This document shows, in pieces, positions 38,133 through 47,600 of a stretch of 64,000 bases of DNA. Source of the stretch: an uncultured Rikenellaceae bacterium (lineage in GTDB: Bacteria; Bacteroidota; Bacteroidia; Bacteroidales; VadinHA17). Location of the stretch: the NCBI GenBank assembly GCA_964389685.1, contig CAYMFM010000002.1, positions 33,909-97,908 of the forward strand. Reading direction: 5' to 3'. Within the stretch, counting starts at the first letter, position 1. Every line of letters begins with the position of its first letter. The notes beneath the pieces are model-generated. The model was not told where the DNA came from, did not search any database, and was given only the letters and a program-made list of their open reading frames with translations. The position numbers and the translations under genes were made by a program.

Positions 38133-41100
38133 TTATTTAATTACCACGGGGAAATCATGTCCCCGTGAGAACGTATAGGGGTATTGAGCCTGTCCCTTGT
38201 ATATCTTTGAAAGGGCAGGCACCTGATCATCGAGAAACGATTTCAGTTCATAGATGGTGACCTTCCCGTCTTTTGGGGCTCCGTCAGCGCTGCCGTTCAA
38301 TGCTTGCAGGATAACGTAGGTAAAAAGACCATGGCCAAGACTTCCCACTTCGGTTGCAAACTGTTCGCTACCGGCAGCGGCAAGCACATGGACCCCGGAA
38401 CTTCGGGACATCTGTGCCAGTGCTTTCTCCTCCATGGCTCCCCGTTGGGCCAGAAGCTCGGTCGATCCACCCGATTGACAGGCATCGAGCACAACCAGTT
38501 GCTTTAATGCCTTGATGTTTTTGAATTTTTCCTGCATATCCCCGGCATAAATGGATCCCTTGATCAGTTTATCCATCTGATATAAGCTTACACTTTCGGT
38601 CGGAATAAAGAAGAATTTATTTTCCACCATGCTTCCGTGTCCGGCATAATAGAAGAAGAAAACATCCTCGGGATTGATTTTCACGGACAGGGTATCCAGC
38701 GCACTCAAAATATTTTCCCGGGTCGCTTCTTTATCATAAAGTTCGATCAGTTCGATTCGCTTGAACAGTTTTTGAGCACGCTCTCCAACAAGTTTTGCAA
38801 ATGCCCGTGCATCTGCTTTTGCATAGTTTAGTTCAAGCTGGGGATTTTCATATTTATTGATCCCGATCGCGATGACGTAACAGATGGCGGTACTTTCCAG
38901 TCCTTTGTAATGGAGGATGATCTCTTCGGGCCGGGATTCAATCCTTCCGTCGCTGAATGCCGATAGTGAAAGGATATTTTCTCCGGGGATGAGGCTAACC
39001 GTGTAGTTCTTCATGATCGACTGGCCTTCTCTCCCAGACCTTCCCAGTCCGCTGTTGTCAACGGGAAGGCTTTTACCGTTATGCAACAGTTTTACCTCAT
39101 TAATGCCACCCCCCGTGTTGGTAATTTTGGCAAAGATTTTCACGTCGCTGTTTTCCATTTCAGTACCGGATTTTGGGGTGATGATGGAAACAACGGGTGG
39201 GGGCGATTCTTCCAGTTTATTCAGGAGGTTGACGGGTTCTTCGATCAGCCCTCGGTTCCGGTATACTTCCTGCAGTAATCCGGGACGGTAAAACTCTTCA
39301 AAAAACTGATCGATGTTATACGTGGTGGTCCCCCTGACAAAGAAAATGGATTTTCTGGCTCCTTCCGAAGCATCGAAAAACCCCTCCTTTGTTTTGACCA
39401 GCCAGTCTGATTCACCGAGAAAAATCTGGGTCAGTAATTCAGATCCTGTTTCCAGGTCCCAGGTTTTAATGGTTCCGTCATGACTTCCGGTGATCAGGAA
39501 TTTTCCATCCGGACTGATCTGCACTGAACTTACGGTGCCATTATGGCCGGTAAAGGTCCGGATGACCTGTCCGGTTTCCGCATCCCATAATTTTGCTGTG
39601 TTGTCATCACTGCCCGTAACAATGAACTTTCCCGTTTTATCAAAGTTCACGGCATGGATCCTGGCGGAGTGGCCCCTGAATTTTTGTACCTGCAATCCGG
39701 TGGGTATATCCCACAGCTTAACCATCCCGTCAAAACTGCCCGACAGCATATACTTCCCGTCGGGACTCATCCGGATGGTTGTTACAATTTGTGTATGTCC
39801 GATAAATTCACGGATTTCTTCCCCGGTGTCAATTTCAAACAACCTCAGTTTTTTTGGATTTTCACGGGTTGGAAGGACGGCTGAAACAACGTATAATCCG
39901 TTCCGGGTAAAGCGGACGGCATACGGTGTTAAACTGGGAATGGATTGGACCAGATCACCCGCTTCAAGATCCCATACCCGTGTTCTTCCATCCCAGCTGC
40001 CTGTAGCCAGAGATGTACCATCTGAACTGAAAGCAACAGTAAAAACCGGAATGTTGGATGTGCGATCGGGAAGTGTATATAACAATTCTCCGGAAGAGAC
40101 ATCCCAGATGCGTGCCGTACCATCCACACTGCCGGTGGCCAGATACTTCCCGTCCGGACTGAAATCAAGGGAGATGACCATGCCTTCGTGTCCCCGGTAA
40201 GTCTGAACCACCCTGCCGGTTGAAAAATCCATCAGTTTAGCATTGTTCCCGGTTTTCCCGACGGCGATGTATTGACCATCCGGACTCAACCGGACTTCAT
40301 TGATAAAGGCAATCCAGTACATATAACCGTCACTCAGCACGGTTTCATCCACATCATTTAAAAATCCTCTTAGGGTAATGAAATTATTACCTGATGGGAT
40401 CTCCCATATCGAGGCTGTCCTGTCTTCGCTTCCCGTAAGGAGAAAATTCCCGGCAGGAGATGGTTTCAGATCCGTAACATCCCTGAGGTGACCCTCGATG
40501 GTCGTCACCGGCTTTCCGGTTCGTGCATTGAAGATGGTTATCACCTTATAATAGGATGAGACGATGTACTTTCCGTCCGGGGAATAATAAGCCCCACCCT
40601 CACGGTTACTCCTGCCATCCATCGCCCTGATTTTTTTACCCGACTCAATATTCCAGGCATGGACGGAATCGTAATTTGAGATGAATTCGGTTTCATCCGG
40701 GCTAAAACTGGCAGAAATAATGCATGAGGTACAGGAGGAGCGGTCACCCTTGAATTTTTTTATTTCCTTTCCCGATTGGAAATCAAAAAGAATGACGGTT
40801 CGATCATTGCTGCCAACCAGTAACCGGGTGCCGTCATGGCTGATCTCTAACGAACCGGCTGACGGATAGGTGAAGTTTTTTTGCATGGTGATATCCTGAG
40901 GCTCCGGGATAAATCGCCTGATCTCCTTGCCGGTGGAAAGATCCCAAAGGATGGCATGGCTCTTTTCTGTTCCGGCAATCAGGTTTGATCCCGGGGTGAA
41001 TGTGGCACACAGAATATCATCATCGGGAATCTCAATTGTCCGGATCAGCTGACTGGTTTCCGTCTCCCAAAGTTTAAGTGAATAATCCTGGTCCACGGAA

Positions 41101-41399
41101 GCAATGAGTTTTCCATCCAGGCTAAAGGATAACTGCCTGGATTCACCAACACTACCGAGGTATGAACGGATCTCCCGTCCGCTGGCAGCATGCCATAGCT
41201 TGATGGTCTTATCATTACTGCCCGTGGCAGCAAATTCCCCATCCGGACTGTATGCAACAGCTGTTACTGCTGCATAGTGCCCGGTCTGTATGACGGTTTC
41301 TATAGTCTGTTCCTGTGCAGTGAGCCTTGCAGACTGCAGAACAAAACATGCAGTGACACAAAGGCATGTAACGGTCGATGAGGTTATTTTCAAATCCAT
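38133..41399 (-). CDS. signal-peptide 14xWD40 (two propellers) / Ig-like / peptidase C14 caspase-like fusion protein
   Basis: 1088 aa with an N-terminal leader MDLKITSSTVTCLCVTACFVLQSARLTAQ. There are 14 units of the type SPDGK....GS.D.T.K.WD...G. The C-terminal caspase fold has YYAGHGS (His921, codon 38637-38639) and LDACQSGGS (Cys974, codon 38478-38480). Confidence 0.9.
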   Translation of the reverse strand: MDLKITSSTVTCLCVTACFVLQSARLTAQEQTIETVIQTGHYAAVTAVAYSPDGEFAATGSNDKTIKLWHAASGREIRSYLGSVGESRQLSFSLDGKLIASVDQDYSLKLWETETSQLIRTIEIPDDDILCATFTPGSNLIAGTEKSHAILWDLSTGKEIRRFIPEPQDITMQKNFTYPSAGSLEISHDGTRLLVGSNDRTVILFDFQSGKEIKKFKGDRSSCTSCIISASFSPDETEFISNYDSVHAWNIESGKKIRAMDGRSNREGGAYYSPDGKYIVSSYYKVITIFNARTGKPVTTIEGHLRDVTDLKPSPAGNFLLTGSEDRTASIWEIPSGNNFITLRGFLNDVDETVLSDGYMYWIAFINEVRLSPDGQYIAVGKTGNNAKLMDFSTGRVVQTYRGHEGMVISLDFSPDGKYLATGSVDGTARIWDVSSGELLYTLPDRTSNIPVFTVAFSSDGTSLATGSWDGRTRVWDLEAGDLVQSIPSLTPYAVRFTRNGLYVVSAVLPTRENPKKLRLFEIDTGEEIREFIGHTQIVTTIRMSPDGKYMLSGSFDGMVKLWDIPTGLQVQKFRGHSARIHAVNFDKTGKFIVTGSDDNTAKLWDAETGQVIRTFTGHNGTVSSVQISPDGKFLITGSHDGTIKTWDLETGSELLTQIFLGESDWLVKTKEGFFDASEGARKSIFFVRGTTTYNIDQFFEEFYRPGLLQEVYRNRGLIEEPVNLLNKLEESPPPVVSIITPKSGTEMENSDVKIFAKITNTGGGINEVKLLHNGKSLPVDNSGLGRSGREGQSIMKNYTVSLIPGENILSLSAFSDGRIESRPEEIILHYKGLESTAICYVIAIGINKYENPQLELNYAKADARAFAKLVGERAQKLFKRIELIELYDKEATRENILSALDTLSVKINPEDVFFFYYAGHGSMVENKFFFIPTESVSLYQMDKLIKGSIYAGDMQEKFKNIKALKQLVVLDACQSGGSTELLAQRGAMEEKALAQMSRSSGVHVLAAAGSEQFATEVGSLGHGLFTYVILQALNGSADGAPKDGKVTIYELKSFLDDQVPALSKIYKGQAQYPYTFSRGHDFPVVIK

Positions 41400-41548
41400 A
41401 TTGCCGGGTAGATGAGTTCTTTTGAAAAGTAAGAAAAATTTTTTAGGTTGTGAAACATGTTTTAATGAAAAGAAAAGGGTTGACTGATCTTTGTATAAAA
41501 AGTAAATTTAACCGTTAAACAAATGTTAAACCAAATACCACAACCGAA

Positions 41549-43084
41549 ATGGATATAAAAGATCATTTTATCAGTGATATTCCACGGAGGAAATTTCTGG
41601 ATCTAACCTTCAAGGGGAGTCTTGCCCTTGTTGCCACTCCGGCAATCATGTCCAATCTTTGGTCCTGTAAATCCTTCTCTTCCGGACCGGCTGCAGCGCT
41701 GGACCAGGGATTGCTGAACAGGGTAATTCAAAAAGCCTTGGAAAAAGGGGGTGAATTTGCTGAAGTGTATGTTGAGAACAGGATTACCAGGAATATATCG
41801 ATGGAAGAGTCGAAGTTTAAAAGCGGCACGTTCGGGATCGTCAAGGGAGCCGGTGTGCGGGTCATTGCCGGAGATAAAACCGGATATGCCTATACCGACG
41901 AGTTGTCGGAAGAAAAACTGATGCGGGCAGCCGAAGTTGCCTCGTATGTGGCCCGGGGTAGTCAGCAGGTTCCCCCGGTTGATATTCAGGAAGCCCATCG
42001 CGAATCGTTCATTACAGTACAGATCCCCCTTCAGGATCTGGCTGATGAGAAACGGTTGGAGGTCATGCAGCGCGCAAACCAGGCGGCACTTGACTACGAT
42101 CCGAAAATTAAAATGGTAATCATCGATTACTATGACGAGGTGAGGGGAAGAACCATTGCCAATAGTGAAGGCCTTTACCTGAACGATGAATTGCCCCAGC
42201 TTTTCTTTATCGTTCAGGCAATGGGTGTGGGTAACAATACACGCCACATGGCCAGGGAACGGCTGGGTCATCACTGTGGTTTCGAAATGTTCGACAAAGT
42301 GAGTCCGGAGGAAGTTGCACACCGGGCTGCAAGGGAAGCCGTTGTGATGCTGGAAGCAGAAGATGCACCGGCCGGAATAATGGATGTTGTAATGCAAAAC
42401 GGTTGGGGTGGCGTGCTGGTCCATGAAGCCGTGGGTCATCCCCTCGAAGCCGATAATATTGCAAAAGAAGTAGGTGCATTTACCGGCAAACTGGGCCAAA
42501 AGGTAGCAAGTGATCTGTTTACCATGGTGGATGACGGTTCCATACCCGATCAACGCGGTACCACAAACTTTGATGATGAAGGAACACAGATGAAACGGAA
42601 TGTGTTGATTGAAAAGGGTGTGCTGAAGAAATACATGACCGATATCCTTTCCGGTAAACAGATTAACATGGAAAGAACCGGAAACGGACGCCGTGAGTCA
42701 TTCCGCCATATCCCTATTCCAAGAATGACCAACACATTCATCGAGCAGGGAGAAAATACTCCCGAAGATATTCTCTCTTCAACCAAAGAGGGTCTTTATG
42801 TTCAGAGCCTGAGTGGTGGGAGCGTAAATCCGGTTACCGGGATGTTCAACTTTACCTGCCGGGAAGCATATCTCATCGAGAATGGAAAGAAAACCACACC
42901 GGTAAAAGGAGCTACACTGATCGGAAACTGCCTCGACGTAATCTCCGGGATCGATGCGGTAGGCAATAACCTGGCATTCGGTCCCGGAATATGTGGTAAG
43001 GGACAAATGGCCGAAGTATCCGTCGGACAGCCAACCGTGCGGATCAGGGGAATTAATGTTGGTGGTAGCAGAACCAGATCGTAA
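41549..43084 (+). CDS. tldD: TldD family metalloprotease with twin-arginine-type leader
   Basis: 511 aa. The leader is DIPRRKFLDLTFKGSLALVATPAIMSNLWSC. The conserved core carries HEAVGH (42422-42439). Confidence 0.9.
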   Translation: MDIKDHFISDIPRRKFLDLTFKGSLALVATPAIMSNLWSCKSFSSGPAAALDQGLLNRVIQKALEKGGEFAEVYVENRITRNISMEESKFKSGTFGIVKGAGVRVIAGDKTGYAYTDELSEEKLMRAAEVASYVARGSQQVPPVDIQEAHRESFITVQIPLQDLADEKRLEVMQRANQAALDYDPKIKMVIIDYYDEVRGRTIANSEGLYLNDELPQLFFIVQAMGVGNNTRHMARERLGHHCGFEMFDKVSPEEVAHRAAREAVVMLEAEDAPAGIMDVVMQNGWGGVLVHEAVGHPLEADNIAKEVGAFTGKLGQKVASDLFTMVDDGSIPDQRGTTNFDDEGTQMKRNVLIEKGVLKKYMTDILSGKQINMERTGNGRRESFRHIPIPRMTNTFIEQGENTPEDILSSTKEGLYVQSLSGGSVNPVTGMFNFTCREAYLIENGKKTTPVKGATLIGNCLDVISGIDAVGNNLAFGPGICGKGQMAEVSVGQPTVRIRGINVGGSRTRS

Positions 43085-43104
43085 ATCTCAAAAAAATTGA
43101 CATC

Positions 43105-44439
43105 ATGGATTACAAAATAATAGCAGAAAAATTAGTCAGCCAATGCCTTAAAAAAGGCGCTGATGCTGCAGAAGTATACATTGAGTCAGGCAGGGAACTG
43201 AGCATTGAAGTACGAAACGGAGCGGTGGAAACCGTTCAGGAAGCAGCCGCACACGGGGTGGGTCTCAGGGTCTTCATTGAAGGGAAAATGGCATTTTCGC
43301 ATTGCAACGATTTTTCGGATGAAGCCCTTGACCATGCAGTATCCAGTGCAGTGAGTTTTGCTGCCAATACCACACCGGATGAAAACAACGTGTTGCCGGA
43401 AGATCAACCCGACACAGCCGTGGAAGAACTCTATGACCCTTCCATTGCTGCCGTTGATATGGAAACGAAAATTGACATGGCAAAAGAGGTGGAAACCCTT
43501 GCGATGAAAGATGAGCGAATAACCAAAAGTTCCGGGTCCGGATTCGGGGAAGGAGATGGTGAAATCATTATCGGCAATTCCAACGGCATGCTGAAAAGCT
43601 ATAAATCTTCCTTTTGTAACTATGGCGTGGGCGTTGTTGCCGAAAAAGGAGAACAAAAATCTACCGGATATGAATACTGTGGGAGGCGATTCTTCGAAGA
43701 CCTGGAAGAGCCGCGAAAAATTGCCGAAGTGGCCGCAAGAAAAGCATACGAAATGCTCGACCCGCAAATGGTTAAAACCCAAAAGGCATCGGTGATATTC
43801 GATCCGGATGTGGCACGTTCTATTCTGGGCGGAATCCTTGGTGCACTGAACGGGGAGAGAGTCCTTCAGGGAGCCAGCTTCCTGGCAGATAAAATGGACC
43901 AGCAATTCGCTACCGAGCTGATGACCCTCATCGATGACGGGACAATATCCAGAGGACCGGGTAGCAAACCATTCGATGGTGAAGGAGTGCCGACACAGAA
44001 ACGAATACTGGTCGATAAGGGTGTGTTGAAAGGATTTCTATACAACACAGCCGTGGCAAAAAGAGCCGGTGTGGAAAGCACCGGCAATGCTTCAAGGGGT
44101 GATTTTCGCAGCCTTCCCGGGATCGGATTCCATAACCTCTATATGGTAGCCGGAACAAATACCCCGGAGGAGATCATAAAAGCAACAAAAAAAGGGCTGT
44201 TGCTGAAGGGCGTTACAGGATACGGAATAAATCCGGTGAATGGTCATTTCAGCGGCGGAGCTTCCGGTTTCTGGATAGAAAATGGCGAGATCGTTTTTCC
44301 GGTCAAAGGACTAACCATCGCCGGAAGCGCATTTGAGATGCTCAACGCGATCGATATGATCGGGAATGATCTTGACATGAACCGCAGCTTTACGGCTCCA
44401 ACCTTCCGAATCCTTGAAATGCAGATCGGAGGAACGTAG
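43105..44439 (+). CDS. pmbA: PmbA/TldE family protein (TldD partner), no leader
   Basis: 444 aa starting 20 nt after tldD. PmbA-like features run along the whole length and the glycine-rich C-terminus is typical of the family. Confidence 0.88.
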   Translation: MDYKIIAEKLVSQCLKKGADAAEVYIESGRELSIEVRNGAVETVQEAAAHGVGLRVFIEGKMAFSHCNDFSDEALDHAVSSAVSFAANTTPDENNVLPEDQPDTAVEELYDPSIAAVDMETKIDMAKEVETLAMKDERITKSSGSGFGEGDGEIIIGNSNGMLKSYKSSFCNYGVGVVAEKGEQKSTGYEYCGRRFFEDLEEPRKIAEVAARKAYEMLDPQMVKTQKASVIFDPDVARSILGGILGALNGERVLQGASFLADKMDQQFATELMTLIDDGTISRGPGSKPFDGEGVPTQKRILVDKGVLKGFLYNTAVAKRAGVESTGNASRGDFRSLPGIGFHNLYMVAGTNTPEEIIKATKKGLLLKGVTGYGINPVNGHFSGGASGFWIENGEIVFPVKGLTIAGSAFEMLNAIDMIGNDLDMNRSFTAPTFRILEMQIGGT

Positions 44440-44470
44440 GAGAGAACGTTATAAGTTATGCCAAAGGCCC

Positions 44471-44489
44471 GCCTGCCGGACGGGCAGGC
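44471..44489. terminator. GC-rich hairpin downstream of pmbA in the convergent gap
   Basis: GCCTGCC-ggacg-GGCAGGC (7-bp stem). No U-tract follows on either strand. Confidence 0.3.
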
Positions 44490-44572
44490 ATCCCTGTGGG
44501 AAAAGTTAACCCGAAAAATTCTTTGAATTTTTCGCCATTTATGGCTGACGAAAAGTCAAATTCAAGTATGTC

Positions 44573-44592
44573 AACTGTTTCACTCAACAGTT
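44573..44592. terminator. second hairpin in the pmbA/ABC convergent gap
   Basis: AACTGTT-tcactc-AACAGTT (7-bp stem), about 50 nt beyond the ABC gene stop. Confidence 0.25.
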
Positions 44593-44642
44593 ATCTTCAA
44601 AACTGATGAAAATTTCATACCCCAATTTGAGGAATTGATCTG

Positions 44643-47600
44643 TTACGCTCTTTTGCGCATCTTGACCTTTTCAGACCAGTCGATGATCCTGCGCAGAAGA
44701 TCGTAAATCAGAAAAAGATAGAAAAAAAGACTCCACAACCAGATGACAATTATATTAAACCAGAATGTTTCAATCGCATTGTCACCGATGATTTTGACAG
44801 GGGCATAGAAATGAGCCCTTCCGGTTTTTGATATCGGATCCATGTAAACGGGCATCGTCTTCCTGACCAGTTGATGGTCCAATTCCGGCAGGAACCGAAT
44901 TTCGCCACGGTTCAGGAGCAATTCATTCAGCTTGTCATTCTCGTGTTTATTTTTTAGTCTGTTCAGCGCATCTTTACTTCCCATGGAATCGACCAGGTGA
45001 TTGTATTTTTCCTCCTTGAACCGGGTTGCCTTCTCTCCCGTTTCCTGGTAGTATTCTTTGACCCCTAACAGGTAGGATTTGGTAAGGTCGTATAGTTCGC
45101 TGGAGTAGGTTTCAACAGTCAGATCCGCTATCCGCTCAAAGAGCGGGAATGATTGAAAATCATGCAATTTTTGAAGCTCATGCCGGACTACCTCAAGGTT
45201 GGAAATTGCCTCTTCCCGGTTCAGATTGTTCTGGATGTTCCGGTCAGCCTCATTCAGTCTGGAGATTACAGTCGGAATAAGATCACGGGAATTAAAGAGA
45301 GCATTCTTTTCTTCTTTTTCAAGGTCAAAGAAATTGCGCTGGTATTTATTTTTTTTGAACTGTTCCACGGCAATGGCTTCATACGCCCATCGTGAGGTCA
45401 TCAGTTCGCCGATTGTCGGGACAAAAACCGGATTTCGGAATACGTTGTGCAACCTGTCGAATTTAACTATCACTCCGCTAAAGAGAAGCTGGGGAACCAG
45501 GATGAATGGAATGATGATATAGATTGCTACCACCGAATTCAGGCCGGAGGAGAGGTTCAATCCGATCATATTTGCCATGCAGGAGGCGGAAAAGAGAACC
45601 ATCCAGTAGGGGAAGGTCATCCCTTTGATTTCCAGAATAGTATTCCCGATCAGGACGAAACTGAATGTTTGGATCGCCGAGATCAGGAAGAGGATCAGGA
45701 TTTTTGAATGCAGATAGCTGAGCCGGCTCAGGTGAAGGAATGATTCCCGTTTCAGGATCTTTTGATCCCGGATGATCTCTTCGGCACTCACAGTCAACCC
45801 CATGAACAGGGCAACCACAACTGCCATGAAGATATAGGCGGGAAGGTTTTCATTTTCCCTGAACACATAAGATAGGGTACCTGAATGATCGCTGATGTAT
45901 TTGGTAAAATAACCGATGATCAGGGCAAGGAGGGGGGCTTCCAGGAAATTGATCAGCATGTATTGCTGGTTGGCAAGTTTTGACAGGACATTACGGGTAA
46001 TGAAAATCCAGAACTGAGACAACGGGATGGGGATATTGAAGATGCAAGGGGGTAAGGGGTCTTTTTGATGCTTTTCCTGTTCTTCCGATTCGAAGTTTTT
46101 CAGGTAAAGCTGATACCATTCCTGTGGGGAGACCTTTCTCTTTTCCACCAGTTTCCCGTATTCATCCACCTCACGTGCTTCCACAATCTGGAGTATCTGT
46201 TCTGGCACTACATTTCCGCAGGAAAGACATTGTCCCTCTGTTGCATCTACATAATTGCTGGCCGATTTAAAATAGACCAGTGCGTCAATGGGATTTCCTT
46301 TGTAGATAGGATATCCCCCTTTATCCAGGATTAGTATCCTATCAAACAGTTTAAAAATATCGGAATAGGGCTGGTGGATGTTGACGATGACCAGTTTCTC
46401 CTTGAGTGTTTGCTCTTTCAGGAGCAGCATTACCTTTTCTGAATCCAGGGAAGAGAGTCCTGAAGTGGGTTCATCCACAAACAATATGGAGGGTTCGCGG
46501 ATCAGTTCCAGTGCGATATTTAATCGTTTTCGCTGCCCCCCACTGATGAATTTGTTCAGGGGTGATCCGACCTTCAGATTCCGGCTCTCATACAGTTCAA
46601 GATCCTTCAGTATTTTGTTGATCCGTTTCAGTACTTCCGCTTTTGATAGCTGGCTGAAACAGAGCTTGGCATTATAATAAAGATTCTGGAACACGGTAAG
46701 TTCCTCTATGAGCAGATCATCCTGGGGAACAAATCCGATCATCCCCTCCAGTTTTTCTTTCTCCGCGTAGAGATCGTACCCGTTAATCAGTATTTTCCCC
46801 CGCTGTGGCTGCATGTTACCATTCAACATGTTCAGCAGGGTTGATTTGCCCACCCCGCTTCCTCCCAGAATCCCTATCAAATTACCTGACTCTTCGGTAA
46901 ATGAAAACCGGTGTATTCCATTATCACTCTTTTTGAACTTGAATTCTATATCCAGGGCTTGAAAAACAATCTTTTCATGATCACTTTCGCGAAAAAAACA
47001 GTTCGAAACATCACTGTAATAAATGGGCCTGATCTTCGGACTGGTAATGAGCGACCCCTGATCAAGCAAGTGGATCCTTTCCGGTGGGATATAATGCCCG
47101 TTTAAAAGCAGGTTGCTGCTTCCCAGGTAGCGGAAAATAAAGGTGTTGGTACTGGCATGATGAAGGATGATGATCATCCCGTCAAGGTCACTTTTCTGAA
47201 TATGGTGGATCCCCTTCACCGGGGGATCCGGTGCTTTGCTGATAACAAGCAACTTATCTTTTTGAATATCATGTGACAGGGGATCCAGGATGTAGTTTTT
47301 TGTATTGTGAAGCTCCGTTTCGGTTATGTTGAAACAACGGGCAACCATCTTAATAAAATCCAGTTCACGATCTGTCATTACCTCATCTTCATTGATGAAT
47401 TCAACGAGTCGCATAAAAACAATGAACTTCTCTCTCTGCCGGAGATTCTTGTTTATTTCGTTACAAATGGAAAGAATGTTGTCAGTATTTAGCGGATCTA
47501 TTCCGGCAGTTGATTCTGCTCCCTCTTTCACCAGCTGAGGATGATAGGTGGCAATGTACTTCTCGAACAGGGTAATGTAATTGTTAATGAGCTGGGCACT

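Noticed and set aside
38115-38135. AATGGA-att-TCCATT hairpin followed by a T-run on the plus strand, next to the caspase gene stop
   Set aside because: It looks like a plus-strand terminator, but both neighbouring genes are on the minus strand. On that strand the A-run precedes the hairpin and no U-tract follows it, so this is not a canonical terminator for either gene. It is noted only as a structure.
39490-40200. 236-aa plus-strand ORF antisense to the WD40 region
   Set aside because: It is a shadow of the repetitive WD40 coding sequence. The Pro/Ser/Val-rich translation has no domain signature.
41603-42553. 316-aa ORF on the minus strand, fully antisense to tldD
   Set aside because: It lies wholly inside the well-supported tldD frame. 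Its translation is low-complexity (His/Phe/Cys/Gly-rich) with no recognisable motifs. Long stop-free antisense frames are expected opposite GC-richer, RNY-biased coding sequence.
43186-43905. 239-aa minus-strand ORF antisense to pmbA
   Set aside because: Same reasoning: a shadow ORF inside a strongly supported gene, with no motifs and no independent start context.
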